Counted from the first letter of the stretch, positions 34,807 to 44,199 are shown. The stretch is DNA of 44,861 nucleotides from an uncultured Clostridia bacterium (GCA_964450265.1 CAYVCY010000003.1:1-44861); one strand, 5' to 3'. The notes: generated from the sequence alone by a model not told the origin. Program-made: numbers and translations.

Positions 34807-35720
34807 ACGAGGTGCTCCACGATGTCCTGCAGTTCTCCCGGTAAGAAGTGCGCCAAGGGCACTTCCAACATAGTGTAGGCCCCGGCGGGCATGCGCCGTG
34901 TGGCCCGGGCGGCCGAGACCAGTATTTGTCCGGTCAGCGCCGGGTTGGTCACCCGGCTCTCGTAGCGGAAGACCTGGTTAGCCGTCTTGCCGGCTGCGCC
35001 GCGTCGTTCCAACAGCACGCCATGGCCGGTATCCATCAGCTCGTCCACGCTGTTCACTGCCATTACCTGGGTTTCGTCGTGACAGAAGTAAGGGTCCTGT
35101 AAGATCCCCCGGGTTACGGTGGCCAAATCCACTCCTGGCTCTAGCTGGACATAGACTGCCCGTTTGTGTTGGCCCATCCCCTTCGGTAACGTCATAGCCA
35201 GTGCGTTTTTCACCCCGGCAAGTCTCTTGACGGCGACGGTGTGGCCCATGCTCATTCCCGGCCCGAAATTGGTGTAGCTGATGCCGCGGGGGGCCTGGAT
35301 GGCGAAGATGCCTCGAATCATGGAGTCGGTTCCCGGATCCCAGCCGGCTGCGGAAATGGCCACCGACCCCACGGATTTAGCCGTTTTGTCCAGTTCTTGG
35401 CGTAGCTGCCATAGCGCTCGTCCATGAATGTCAAAGCTGTCCACCGTGCAAATCCCCAACTCCAACACCAGCTTGGCTAGTTCTGGGATGCTGCGACTGG
35501 GAGTGGCCAAGATCGCCACATCCACCTGCTCCAGTCGCCTCACATCGGTCTTGACCGTCAGTTTAGGATATAGGTTACGTAGACTGGCGATTCTATGGTC
35601 CCTGACCACAATGCCGGCCAACTGTAAGTCTGGTGCCGTCTCGATGGCATCCAGTGCCCCCTTGCCTACGTTGCCTAATCCAATTATGGCGACACGGGTC
35701 TCGTTCTTCGCGTCATTCAT
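34803..35720 (-). CDS. ddh: meso-diaminopimelate D-dehydrogenase
   Basis: ATG at 35720 after GGAGGTG. VAIIGLGNVGKG, GWDPG, GPGMSMGH, HKR and LEVP motifs parallel Corynebacterium Ddh. Confidence 0.75.
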   Translation of the reverse strand: MNDAKNETRVAIIGLGNVGKGALDAIETAPDLQLAGIVVRDHRIASLRNLYPKLTVKTDVRRLEQVDVAILATPSRSIPELAKLVLELGICTVDSFDIHGRALWQLRQELDKTAKSVGSVAISAAGWDPGTDSMIRGIFAIQAPRGISYTNFGPGMSMGHTVAVKRLAGVKNALAMTLPKGMGQHKRAVYVQLEPGVDLATVTRGILQDPYFCHDETQVMAVNSVDELMDTGHGVLLERRGAAGKTANQVFRYESRVTNPALTGQILVSAARATRRMPAGAYTMLEVPLAHFLPGELQDIVEHLV

Positions 35721-35797
35721 TTCTGCACCTCCCGGTTCTACACCTCTTATACATATGATCGAGTCCTTCATCTTTGACCGCATAAGGAGTGAAGTAG

Positions 35798-36517
35798 ATG
35801 CTTGTTGATGTCTGCCTGACGCTGGAGGGCCTGACGGAGGAATCTCTGGCTGAGGTGAATACGGTGGTGATCGACGTGTTGCGCGCTAGCACCACCATTC
35901 TGGCTGCGCTAGAATGCAATATCCCCTATCTGATCCCGGTGGGCACTACTCAGGAGGCTCTGTCCCAGCATGAGCAATTGCGAGGTGAATGCTACTTAGG
36001 GGGCGAGCGCAACCGCTTGCGCCCGCAGGGCTTCGATTTCGGGAATTCGCCCCTCGAGTACCGACGGATTGAGCAGCCTCAGCCGGTGGTTTACACCACC
36101 ACCAACGGCACCCGCGCATTAAAGTGCGTTGCAGATAGCCGCAGGGTGCTAGTCGGAAGTCTGCGCAACGCCGCTGCCGTGGCTGCCGCTGCTTGCGAGG
36201 ATGAACATCCTCTGATGCTGGTCTGCTCGGGAACCAAAGGGCGAGTGGCGGCAGAGGACGTGTTTTGTGCCGGGGCAATCATCAGGCATATGCAAAGCCG
36301 CGTCGCCATTGAAATGACAGATGCGGCCAAGATAGCGCTATTCTCTTATCTGCAGGTGGCCGACGGTTTGACGGCGGCTCTGCTGCAGACTGCCAGCGGG
36401 CAGGGTCTTTGCCAGCTGGGGCTGGGTGATGACGTCCGGTATGCGGCTGCCCTGGATGTCAGTCGATTGGTGCCCCTCTACGTCGGGGGCAGATTGGTTG
36501 CCTCCCAGCAGCCTTAG
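35798..36517 (+). CDS. comB: 2-phosphosulfolactate phosphatase family protein
   Basis: VVIDVLRASTTI, TTTNGTRAL, AAEDVFCAGAI motifs. Confidence 0.8.
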   Translation: MLVDVCLTLEGLTEESLAEVNTVVIDVLRASTTILAALECNIPYLIPVGTTQEALSQHEQLRGECYLGGERNRLRPQGFDFGNSPLEYRRIEQPQPVVYTTTNGTRALKCVADSRRVLVGSLRNAAAVAAAACEDEHPLMLVCSGTKGRVAAEDVFCAGAIIRHMQSRVAIEMTDAAKIALFSYLQVADGLTAALLQTASGQGLCQLGLGDDVRYAAALDVSRLVPLYVGGRLVASQQP

Positions 36518-38631
36518 GGGTTACCGAACAGTCCTGGGAACAGCCGTTGCCACCAGGGAAGCCCATCGTCCGGCAACGGAATGCCTCCGTGGGTGGGGCA
36601 ACCCCCCGTGGGGGCATATTCGGTCAGGAAGTATTCTTCATATCGCTCTTCCCGGGGACAGAGGAAGGTGGCTTTTTGGCCTGAGCTTGCACATACTTCT
36701 GCCTGTACTATACCTTCAGGCAGTTTTGGCAAAGGAGTTCTGGGCAGAATTGTGGATGCCTGGGCCATGAATCTGCCCCAGACCGGCCCAGCGATGTTGC
36801 CTCCGCCGACGCTGGTGTTGGCAGTGATCGGTTGATTGTAGTCGTCGGCCCCGATATATACCACAGTCACCAAGTCCGGCGTGTACCCTGCAATCCAAGC
36901 ACTGTTTACGCGCCCGTTGGCACCGGTGGTGCCAGTCTTGGCCGCCGCCCGAGAGTCGCTGAACCACTGCAATACCGGTTGCCCGGTGCCATTGGTGAGC
37001 ACATCTTGTAGTGCGTCGGTAATCAGCCAGGCGATGCGTTCGTCCAGCACTCGAGTGGGGGTGGATACCTTTGCCGCTTCCCAGATTTCATTGCGTGGGC
37101 CGTTTACCTGCTGGAGCATGGTCGGTTCCACTTTCAGGCCTCCGTTGGCGAAGGCGGCAAAGGCTACCGCCAGTTCCAGTGGCGAGACGTCCTTCGTCCC
37201 CAAGCTGAGGGACAGCACCGCGTCGCTCGGCTTGAGGTCAATTCCCAATGCCTGCGCCAGCTCTACCACGTGGATCGGCCCCAGGTCTGCCATCACCTTG
37301 GCAGCAATCACGTTGTCCGACCTGACGATTGCCTCCCGTACGCTCAGCTCTTCGTTGGCAAACTTCCCGCCAAAGTTGCTCGGCTGCCAGGGCTCTTGCC
37401 CCGGAATCTCGAAGGTGGTCGGTGCGCTCAGCACCGGTGTAGCTAGCGTCGTCTTTCCCAGTCGCAACGCCTCTGCGTATACTAGCGGCTTGAACGCCGA
37501 TCCCGGCGGTCGCTCGGCATAGACCCGATTGTAGGTGCTTTCGCTATAGTTCTTCCCACCCACCATCGCCTTGATCTCGCCGTTATGGGGATCAATGGCT
37601 ATCAAGGCCACATTGGCCAAGACATTGCCCTCCTGGTCTTTTCTCAGTATCCCAGCGCTATCGAGATAAGCAAAGCCATCCCGCACAGCCTGCTCGGCAG
37701 CTGCCTGCAGCTCCCGGTTGATGGTGGTCTGTACGGTCAGCCCGCCCCGGTAGGCATACTGAGTTCCATTCAGGTAGTTGCTGTTCAGGTGCCGGACTAT
37801 AGCTTCCTTAACATAACCGGCAGACACCTGACTGCCCCGCTGCGGAATGGGAATGACAGCAGCCTCATCGGCGTAAGCTTCGTCCGCCTGCTCCTTGGTA
37901 ATAGTGCCTACTGCCACCATGCGGTTGAGCACTATCCGTTGGCGATTGCGAGCGGCTTGAAAGTTGCGAATCAGCGAGTAGCCTTCCGGGTTCTGAATCA
38001 ATCCCGCCAGCATGGCCGACTGCGATAGACTTAGTTCACTAGCGTCCTTGCCAAAATAAAACTGAGAGATATTTTGAATGCCGTATAACCCATGTCCCAT
38101 ATAGTTCTGGTTCACGTACATCTCCAGAATCTCGTCTTTGCTCAGATGTTGCTCCAGTTGTAGCGCAATCACTGCCTCGTGGGCTTTGCGCACGAAACTC
38201 TTGTCCAGCGACAGATAGAGTAGCCGGGCCAATTGCTGGGTGAGTGTACTAGCCCCCTGCGCTCTGGAGCCGCCGGTCTGCACAAAGTTTATCACCACCC
38301 GCCCCAGTCGAATGAAGTCGATGCCATGGTGTCGATAGAAGCGGGCGTCCTCCACCGCAATTACCGCCTCCAGAAACTGCGGTGAGATTTCACCCAGCGT
38401 GACCGGCCGGCGGTTCTCCACATAGATGCTGGTCAACAGCTCCCCATCGTCTGCCAACACATTGGTGGTCAGCCTTTGGGGAACAACTTCAAACGGCCAG
38501 AAGGTAACATAGCTGATAAGCAGAATAACTAATATGACGGCCAGTGAAGCACCGGCCAAAGCCATTTTGCTCAGCCATCTCAGCAGGCGCGGTCTTTTTC
38601 TTGATTGACTTTCGGATTTAGCACTAGCCAT
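36514..38631 (-). CDS. class A penicillin-binding protein (PBP1A: glycosyltransferase + transpeptidase)
   Basis: GT51 motifs EDARFYRHHGID and GASTLTQQLAR; transpeptidase SAFKP and KTGTT. Start uncertain (ATG 38631 or 38682). The ORF track extension to 38886 overlaps the divergent sigma gene and is probably spurious. Confidence 0.85.
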   Translation of the reverse strand: MASAKSESQSRKRPRLLRWLSKMALAGASLAVILVILLISYVTFWPFEVVPQRLTTNVLADDGELLTSIYVENRRPVTLGEISPQFLEAVIAVEDARFYRHHGIDFIRLGRVVINFVQTGGSRAQGASTLTQQLARLLYLSLDKSFVRKAHEAVIALQLEQHLSKDEILEMYVNQNYMGHGLYGIQNISQFYFGKDASELSLSQSAMLAGLIQNPEGYSLIRNFQAARNRQRIVLNRMVAVGTITKEQADEAYADEAAVIPIPQRGSQVSAGYVKEAIVRHLNSNYLNGTQYAYRGGLTVQTTINRELQAAAEQAVRDGFAYLDSAGILRKDQEGNVLANVALIAIDPHNGEIKAMVGGKNYSESTYNRVYAERPPGSAFKPLVYAEALRLGKTTLATPVLSAPTTFEIPGQEPWQPSNFGGKFANEELSVREAIVRSDNVIAAKVMADLGPIHVVELAQALGIDLKPSDAVLSLSLGTKDVSPLELAVAFAAFANGGLKVEPTMLQQVNGPRNEIWEAAKVSTPTRVLDERIAWLITDALQDVLTNGTGQPVLQWFSDSRAAAKTGTTGANGRVNSAWIAGYTPDLVTVVYIGADDYNQPITANTSVGGGNIAGPVWGRFMAQASTILPRTPLPKLPEGIVQAEVCASSGQKATFLCPREERYEEYFLTEYAPTGGCPTHGGIPLPDDGLPWWQRLFPGLFGNP

Positions 38632-38714
38632 CTGTAAATCAAATCCTTCTGGTAAATTGGACCATTTTATATTATTGCCCATGACGAGTGATTCATTCAA
38701 AGGGGGGGCCAGGT

Positions 38715-39251
38715 ATGAACAGCGATTTCTCGGCAAAGGCATTCGAGCAAGCACTCTATTCCTGTTGGGAAGCTCTGCGGGCGCAAGCCCGTCGTTGGAC
38801 CGGAAGCCTGCAGGAAGCCGAAGACCTGGTGCAGGAAGCGCTGGCCAAAGCTTACAGCGCCTGGCCCAACTTTCGCGGGGAAGCATCCTTTGCCACTTGG
38901 GTCAATCGTATCATGGCCAACGTGCATAAGGATCAATTGACTAAGAATTCGCGGGTGCGCCTGGTCTCCTTGGATAGCGATTGGGGCGAGCTGCCATACG
39001 TGGAACGGGCGTTGGCCCAGGGTGAGGATATTTCCCGCAGACTGGAGCTCTTGGATCTGCGGCTCTCCATATCCAACGCCCTGGCGGGATTGCCGCAGCA
39101 TTATCAACGCTTGTTGGTGCTGAAGTATGTTAAGCAATGGTCCTATGAGGAATTGGCCCAGGCGTTTGAATGCTCCATCGAGTCGGTGCGCTGTCGTCTT
39201 TACCGAGCCCGCTTGGAGATGCGGAGACTGCTGGCTGCGGAGCCTGTGTAG
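38715..39251 (+). CDS. ECF-type sigma-70 family RNA polymerase sigma factor
   Basis: ATG at 38715 after GGGGGG RBS. Region 2 (EDLVQEALAKAY..F..W) and region 4 (YEELAQAF.CSIESVRCRLYRAR). Confidence 0.85.
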   Translation: MNSDFSAKAFEQALYSCWEALRAQARRWTGSLQEAEDLVQEALAKAYSAWPNFRGEASFATWVNRIMANVHKDQLTKNSRVRLVSLDSDWGELPYVERALAQGEDISRRLELLDLRLSISNALAGLPQHYQRLLVLKYVKQWSYEELAQAFECSIESVRCRLYRARLEMRRLLAAEPV

Positions 39252-39261
39252 GGTTGCGAAA

Positions 39262-39285
39262 GGGGGAGAGCAGATGCTCTCCCCC
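39262..39285. terminator. bidirectional terminator hairpin
   Basis: GGGGGAGAGC / GCTCTCCCCC 10-bp perfect stem, 4-nt loop, between convergent genes. Confidence 0.6.
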
Positions 39286-39319
39286 TAAACAGCTCCCTTG
39301 ATCAGCTATGCAGCCGAGC

Positions 39320-40513
39320 TTATCCGTTGATGAATTTGTCGAGGCGATCCAGTCCTTCTTTGATCTTCTCCATGGACGTGGCATAGGACAACCGCACGAA
39401 GCCGGGAGAACCAAAGGCAGCGCCTGGAACTATGGCCACATGGGCTTTGTCCAAGGCCAGGCTGGCAAACTGCAGATCGTCTTTGATCACTTCGCCGCCG
39501 ATGGTCTTGCCATACAGCAGTTGCACGTTGGCCATCACGTAGAATGCGCCCTGAGGCGTACGGCAGGAGAGACCATTGATTTGGTTGACACGCTCGACCA
39601 TGAATACACGCCTCTTGGCGAATTCGGCCACCATGGCTGTGATCGGCTCTTCCGGGCCGGTCAAGCCAGCAACGCTGGCCTTCTGGGCGATGGAGTTCGG
39701 GTTGGAGGTGGCGTGGCTCTGCATGCTGCCCATCGCTTTGGCGATATCGCCGTGGGAGGCAGCATATCCGATACGCCAGCCAGTCATGGCATAAGCCTTG
39801 GACATACCGTTGATCAGCACAACTTGATCCTTCAGTTCTGGCACTACTTTAGCGATACTGTGATGCTCGGTCCCATCATAGACCAACTTCTCATAGATCT
39901 CGTCGGTGACCACAAATAAGTTGTGCTTCAAGCACACCTGCCCGATGGCAGTCAGCTCTTCTTTGGTGTACACCATGCCGGTGGGGTTGCTGGGGCTGTT
40001 CAGCATCAAGACCTTGGTCTTGTCGGTGATTGCGGCTTCCAGGTCTGCAATCTGCAGTTTGAAATCCTCTTCTTCCTTGGTCTCAATGAAGACTGGCGTA
40101 GCGTCGGTCATCTTCACCATTTCAGAGTAGCTGACCCAGTAAGGTGCGGGGATGATCACCTCGTCGCCAGCTTGTGCCAGCACCATCAAAGCGTTGTACA
40201 GCGAGTGCTTGGCACCATTGCTGATCACGATCTGATCCGGTCTGTAAGTGAGGCCGTTGTCGCGCTCTAACTTAGCGCTGATGGCCTCCTTCAGCTCGTT
40301 GATGCCTGATGCCGCGGTGTAGCGGGTGAATCCGGTCTCGATAGCCTGGATGCCAGCTTCGCGAATATGTTGTGGAGTGTCAAAATCCGGTTCGCCAACG
40401 CCGAAACTGATCACGTCGACACCTTGGCTGACCATCTGCTTAGCCTTGGAATCGATGGCCAGCGTGACCGATGGGCTGATCTGTTGAGCCCGAGAGGACA
40501 GACGTTCTTTCAC
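39320..40513 (-). CDS. pyridoxal phosphate-dependent aspartate aminotransferase
   Basis: Class I aminotransferase: GEPDFDTP, NSPSNPTG, MSKAYAMTGWRIGY (PLP Lys). Confidence 0.88.
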   Translation of the reverse strand: MKERLSSRAQQISPSVTLAIDSKAKQMVSQGVDVISFGVGEPDFDTPQHIREAGIQAIETGFTRYTAASGINELKEAISAKLERDNGLTYRPDQIVISNGAKHSLYNALMVLAQAGDEVIIPAPYWVSYSEMVKMTDATPVFIETKEEEDFKLQIADLEAAITDKTKVLMLNSPSNPTGMVYTKEELTAIGQVCLKHNLFVVTDEIYEKLVYDGTEHHSIAKVVPELKDQVVLINGMSKAYAMTGWRIGYAASHGDIAKAMGSMQSHATSNPNSIAQKASVAGLTGPEEPITAMVAEFAKRRVFMVERVNQINGLSCRTPQGAFYVMANVQLLYGKTIGGEVIKDDLQFASLALDKAHVAIVPGAAFGSPGFVRLSYATSMEKIKEGLDRLDKFING

Positions 40514-40644
40514 AGTAATTCACTCCTTGCAGATTTTTGTTGCATTGTGTATTCAATATCCCACCCCAAGTGTATATCACCAGACAGATCAAGTAAACTA
40601 CCAAGAAGCGATCAATCCCAAGAATACGAGCTTGCTAGTGTTAG

Positions 40645-40673
40645 TTGTATCTTATCCCCGCCGGTGGTATACT
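40645..40673 (+). promoter_or_regulatory. promoter of the serS leader
   Basis: -35 TTGTAT 40645-40650, 17-nt spacer, TGg extended -10 TATACT 40668-40673. Confidence 0.5.
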
Positions 40674-40679
40674 ACAAAC

Positions 40680-40997
40680 CAAAGCGATGACGAAGACGTT
40701 TGCCCGGGTAACCAGATTCAGAGACGCGATGGCTGGTGTAAATCGCGACTGGCACAGGCAAGTCCACTTCCGAGCTAGCCAACTAACCTTGGCTCCGTAG
40801 CAGCGGTTATCTGCAGCAAGGGGGTCACTTTCACGGGCAGGCCGGTAGTTGCTAAAGCAACAATCAGGGCGAATCTTTCTACAGAAAGAATGGCCATTGC
40901 CCGCAGCATCTTACGATGCTGCTAGTATGTGACCAACAAGGGTGGCACCGCGGGTTTAACTCGTCCCTCACAGTTCATGTGAGGGACGTTGTTTTTT
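40680..40997 (+). promoter_or_regulatory. T-box riboswitch leader (Ser)
   Basis: Stem I elements (AGAGA, GGTGTAAA distal motif). T-box sequence AACAAGGGTGGCACCGCGGG at 40935-40954. Terminator GTCCCTCACA / TGTGAGGGAC at 40963-40987 plus a T-run. Candidate UCC specifier at 40763-40765. Confidence 0.8.
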
Positions 40998-41168
40998 CAC
41001 TGATGCGACTTCGGGCGTGTACACCGTCAATCCAAGCGCGTGCTATTTTTGTCATTCCGAGCGTAGCGAGGAGTCTTGCGCCCGCAGGCTTCCCAGCTTG
41101 CCACTGCCCGACCGGGCCGGGAATGATAATTCACTGATTAGCAGTTCATGAAAGGGAGAGTGGGATTC

Positions 41169-42434
41169 ATGCTAGATGCAAAGTTTATTCGAGGGAACGT
41201 GGAGACCGTGCTGCAGGCTATTGCCAGCAAAGGAGAGCAGGCCAGTCTGGATACGTTCCTAAAGCTGGATGCTCGCCGCCGCGACATCTTGGTGGAAGTG
41301 GAACAGTTGAAGAACCAGCGCAACTTGGCCTCCAAGGAAGTGGCCCGGCGCAAACGCGCTCAAGAAGATGTCAGTGAACTGATCGAAGAGACGAAACAGG
41401 TGGGCCAGCGGATCAGGGAATTGGACGCCGAGCTGAGCACAGTGGAGGAGGAGCTGGAGTATCAGCTGCTCACCATCCCCAATATCCCCCACGCCAGCGT
41501 GCCGATCGGTGCCGATGACAAAGAGAATGTCTTTGTGCGCGACTGGGGCGCTCCAGCTAGCTTCGATTTCCCGCCCAAGCCCCACTGGGAAATCGGCACA
41601 GACTTGGACATCATCGATTGGGAACGCGGGGTGAAGGTAACCGGTGCTCGCTTCGTAGCCTATAAGGGCTTGGGTGCCAGATTGCATCGAGCTGTGATCA
41701 ATTTCATGCTGGATGTGCACATTCGGCAACACGGATACACCGAAATAGCACCGCCTTTCATCGTCAATCGCCTCAGTATGACCGGCACTGGGCAATTGCC
41801 CAAGTTTGAAGAGGATGCCTTTAAGCTGGCCAACGAAGACTGGTTCCTCAACCCTACCGCGGAGGTGCCGGTGACCAATCTCTATCGGGACGAGATTTTG
41901 GATGGCCACCTGCTGCCCATCTACCACGTCGCCTATTGCCCTTCGTTCCGTTCTGAGGTCGGCTCGGCGGGTCGCGATACCCGCGGAATAATCCGCATGC
42001 ATCAATTCCACAAAGTCGAGTTGGTGAAATTTGTTCACCCGGAGACCTCCTATGAGGAAATGGAAAAACTGATGAATGACGCCGAACACATCCTACAACT
42101 GCTCGGATTGCCCTATCGCATCATGCAGATGTGCACCGGCGATTTGGGCTTTACCGCCAGCAAAAAATATGATCCCGAGGTCTGGATGCCCAGCTATGAA
42201 CGGTATGTGGAGATCTCTTCGGTGAGCAACTTTGAGGATTTTCAGGCCCGACGGGCTAACATTCGCTTTCGACCAGAGCCAAAAGCTAAGCCGGAATTCG
42301 TGCATACACTAAACGGATCTGGTCTGGCTGTCGATCGCACCGTGGCAGCCATCTTGGAGAACTACCAGACTGCCGATGGCCATGTGATCGTGCCAGAAGT
42401 GCTGCGGCCATATGTCGGCGTGGATAAGATCTGA
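41169..42434 (+). CDS. serS: seryl-tRNA synthetase
   Basis: ATG at 41169 after AAAGGGAGAG. N-terminal coiled coil. Class II motifs ([30 protein letters not shown]). Confidence 0.95.
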   Translation: MLDAKFIRGNVETVLQAIASKGEQASLDTFLKLDARRRDILVEVEQLKNQRNLASKEVARRKRAQEDVSELIEETKQVGQRIRELDAELSTVEEELEYQLLTIPNIPHASVPIGADDKENVFVRDWGAPASFDFPPKPHWEIGTDLDIIDWERGVKVTGARFVAYKGLGARLHRAVINFMLDVHIRQHGYTEIAPPFIVNRLSMTGTGQLPKFEEDAFKLANEDWFLNPTAEVPVTNLYRDEILDGHLLPIYHVAYCPSFRSEVGSAGRDTRGIIRMHQFHKVELVKFVHPETSYEEMEKLMNDAEHILQLLGLPYRIMQMCTGDLGFTASKKYDPEVWMPSYERYVEISSVSNFEDFQARRANIRFRPEPKAKPEFVHTLNGSGLAVDRTVAAILENYQTADGHVIVPEVLRPYVGVDKI

Positions 42435-42463
42435 TCTTCCAAGTAATGGAAGTTCCACCCAAA

Positions 42464-42493
42464 TTGACACTTGCTATCGCCCTGTGGTAAACT
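42464..42493 (+). promoter_or_regulatory. promoter for tRNA-Ser(UGA)
   Basis: -35 TTGACA 42464-42469, 18-nt spacer, TGg TAAACT 42488-42493. Confidence 0.5.
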
Positions 42494-42517
42494 GTTTTTT
42501 GCGATACTCGCAGATGC

Positions 42518-42607
<90 letters not shown>

Positions 42608-42654
42608 AGCTTAACAACACTCTAAGTGTGCTATCCGTTGCCAGAAGGTTGCAG

Positions 42655-42683
42655 TTGAAGGCACCCTAATTCTGTGCTATGAT
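42655..42683 (+). promoter_or_regulatory. promoter for tRNA-Ser(GCU)/tRNA-Arg(ACG)
   Basis: -35 TTGAAG, 17-nt spacer, TGc extended -10 TATGAT 42678-42683. Confidence 0.45.
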
Positions 42684-42696
42684 AGTTAGGCGATGC

Positions 42697-42790
42697 GGAG
42701 AGGTGGCCGAGTAGGTCGAAGGCGGTCGCCTGCTAAGCGATTACACGGGCTAAACCTGTGTCGCGGGTTCGAATCCCGCCCTCTCCGCCA
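42697..42790 (+). tRNA. tRNA-Ser (anticodon GCT)
   Basis: Acceptor GGAGAGG/CCTCTCC, anticodon loop CTGCTAA, long variable arm, encoded CCA. Confidence 0.9.
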
Positions 42791-42798
42791 TTTTTCAT

Positions 42799-42875
42799 GC
42801 GCTCGTAGCTCAGCTGGATAGAGTAACGGACTACGAATCCGGTGGTCGCAGGTTCGAATCCTGCCGGGCGCGCCA
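42799..42875 (+). tRNA. tRNA-Arg (anticodon ACG)
   Basis: Acceptor GCGCTCG/CGGGCGC, D-loop AGCTCAGCTGGATAGAG, anticodon loop CTACGAA, encoded CCA. Confidence 0.9.
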
Positions 42876-42880
42876 CTCTT

Positions 42881-42922
42881 GAAACAAAAGGGACGGTTCT
42901 TTTTGTTTCGCTTTTCTTTTTT
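42881..42922 (+). terminator. terminator after the first tRNA trio
   Basis: GAAACAAAAG / CTTTTGTTTC 10-bp stem, 8-nt loop, T-rich tail. Confidence 0.6.
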
Positions 42923-42949
42923 GCAGCAGCGTTTTGCTCTTAAGGGCTT

Positions 42950-43025
42950 GCATCCGTAGCTCAGGGGATAGAGCAGCGGTTTCCTAAACCGCGTGTCGGG
43001 GGTTCGATTCCCTCCGGGTGCACCA
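42950..43025 (+). tRNA. tRNA-Arg (anticodon CCT)
   Basis: Acceptor GCATCCG/CGGGTGC, anticodon stem GCGGT/ACCGC with loop TTCCTAA, encoded CCA. Confidence 0.9.
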
Positions 43026-43119
43026 CTGGCAGTTAACCGTAATGGTCTGCATATAGAAAATAACTACGAGCTGTTCGTGCGTAGTGCACAATCGCGGCAG
43101 CGAAAGAGGGGTTTGGCGC

Positions 43120-43578
43120 GTGGAGCAACACGAGTTTTTCATGCGCGAGGCACTGAACGAGGCCAAGTCAGCCTACGCTGTTGGCGAAACGCCTATTGGC
43201 GCGGTGATCGTGCGCGACGGTCAGATCATTTCCAGAGCGCATAATCTACGCGAGACAACCCGCGATGCCACGGCTCATGCCGAGCTGTTGGCCATTCGCT
43301 TGGCTAATCAGCATTTGGGTGGGTGGCGCTTAACTCGTTGTACCCTCTACGTCACGCTGGAGCCCTGCACCATGTGTGCCGGTGCCATCGTTTTGTCCCG
43401 CATCCCTACCTTGGTTTATGCAGCTGCAGATCCCAAGGCAGGCGCTTGCGGCAGTGTACTGAACCTGGTGCAACAGCAACGGCTGAACCACCAGGCGGAA
43501 GTGATTCCTGGCGTATTGGCGGATGCCAGCAGCCAGCTCCTGCGCAAGTTTTTCCTTGAACTGCGTCAAAGCACTTAG
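43120..43578 (+). CDS. tadA: tRNA-specific adenosine-34 deaminase
   Basis: GTG at 43120 after AGAGGGG (alternative ATG 43141). HAE and PCTMCAGA zinc motifs; CDA fold. Confidence 0.9.
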   Translation: MEQHEFFMREALNEAKSAYAVGETPIGAVIVRDGQIISRAHNLRETTRDATAHAELLAIRLANQHLGGWRLTRCTLYVTLEPCTMCAGAIVLSRIPTLVYAAADPKAGACGSVLNLVQQQRLNHQAEVIPGVLADASSQLLRKFFLELRQST

Positions 43579-43590
43579 CGGTTTATACAC

Positions 43591-43679
43591 GGAGGAGTAG
43601 CGAAGAGGCTGTAACGCGCCGCACTCGAAATGCGGTTGTCCGCAAGGGCACGTGGGTTCGAATCCCACCTCCTCCGCCA
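43591..43679 (+). tRNA. tRNA-Ser (anticodon CGA)
   Basis: Acceptor GGAGGAG/CTCCTCC, anticodon stem CCGCA/TGCGG with loop CTCGAAA, long variable arm, CCA. Confidence 0.88.
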
Positions 43680-43717
43680 GATAATTTAATATTGCTTCAT
43701 GTAGAGCAAACCATCGT

Positions 43718-43810
43718 GGAGAGGTGGCTGAGTTGGTCGAAGGCGCTCGACTGGAAATCGAGTATGCGGCGAAAGTTGCATCGAGGGTTCGAATCCCTCT
43801 CTCTCCGCCA
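43718..43810 (+). tRNA. tRNA-Ser (anticodon GGA)
   Basis: Acceptor GGAGAGG/(T)CTCTCC, anticodon stem CTCGA/TCGAG with loop CTGGAAA, long variable arm, CCA. Confidence 0.88.
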
Positions 43811-43822
43811 TTAGTCATGTCA

Positions 43823-43855
43823 AGGCGTTCCGGGTATTTCCGGAACGCCTTTTTA
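43823..43855 (+). terminator. rho-independent terminator after the tRNA cluster
   Basis: AGGCGTTCCGG / CCGGAACGCCT 11-bp stem, 6-nt loop, T-run. Confidence 0.75.
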
Positions 43856-43922
43856 TATGCTTAAAAGTGCGCACTAAACCAGAAGCAGCGTCCTTCGAGT
43901 TCCGCAACAATGTAAAGCGTCC

Positions 43923-43951
43923 TTGACATAAGGTGCAGAAAGCCCTAGAAT
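43923..43951 (+). promoter_or_regulatory. consensus-like promoter bracketed by an inverted repeat (putative autoregulatory operator)
   Basis: -35 TTGACA 43923-43928, 17-nt spacer, -10 TAGAAT 43946-43951. Flanked by GTAAAGCGTCC (43912-43922) and GGATGCTTTAC (43961-43971), complementary at 10/11. Confidence 0.6.
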
Positions 43952-43990
43952 CATTGTAAAGGATGCTTTACTTTGGGAGGGGTGGCGATC

Positions 43991-44197
43991 TTGCAGAACC
44001 GAGTCAGGGAGCTACGCACCGGGGCGGGTATTACTCAGGAGCAGCTGGCGTTCGCCACCGATGTTTCCCGCCAAACGGTCATTTCTATCGAGAGCGGCAA
44101 GTATAACCCATCACTTCTGCTGGCATACAAGATAGCCCGGTATTTTGGATTAAGCATTGAAGAGGTGTTTCTATGCGAGAAAGAACTGGAGGGATAG
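43991..44197 (+). CDS. XRE-family HTH transcriptional regulator (YozG-like)
   Basis: TTG at 43991 after GGGAGGGG. RELR..GITQEQLA..VSRQTVISIESGKYNPSL HTH_3 signature. Confidence 0.8.
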   Translation: MQNRVRELRTGAGITQEQLAFATDVSRQTVISIESGKYNPSLLLAYKIARYFGLSIEEVFLCEKELEG

Positions 44198-44199
44198 AG

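Noticed and set aside
38632-38886. N-terminal extension of the PBP1A ORF overlapping the sigma factor gene.
   Set aside because: The extension is Pro/Arg/Leu-rich, precedes the membrane anchor and overlaps the divergent ECF sigma CDS. Internal ATGs at 38682 and 38631 are more plausible.
42984-43818. ORFs 42984-43166(-), 42993-43244(+) and 43330-43818(-) in the tRNA/tadA region.
   Set aside because: They overlap tRNA genes or run antisense to tadA. The tRNA cloverleaves and TadA motifs explain the sequence.
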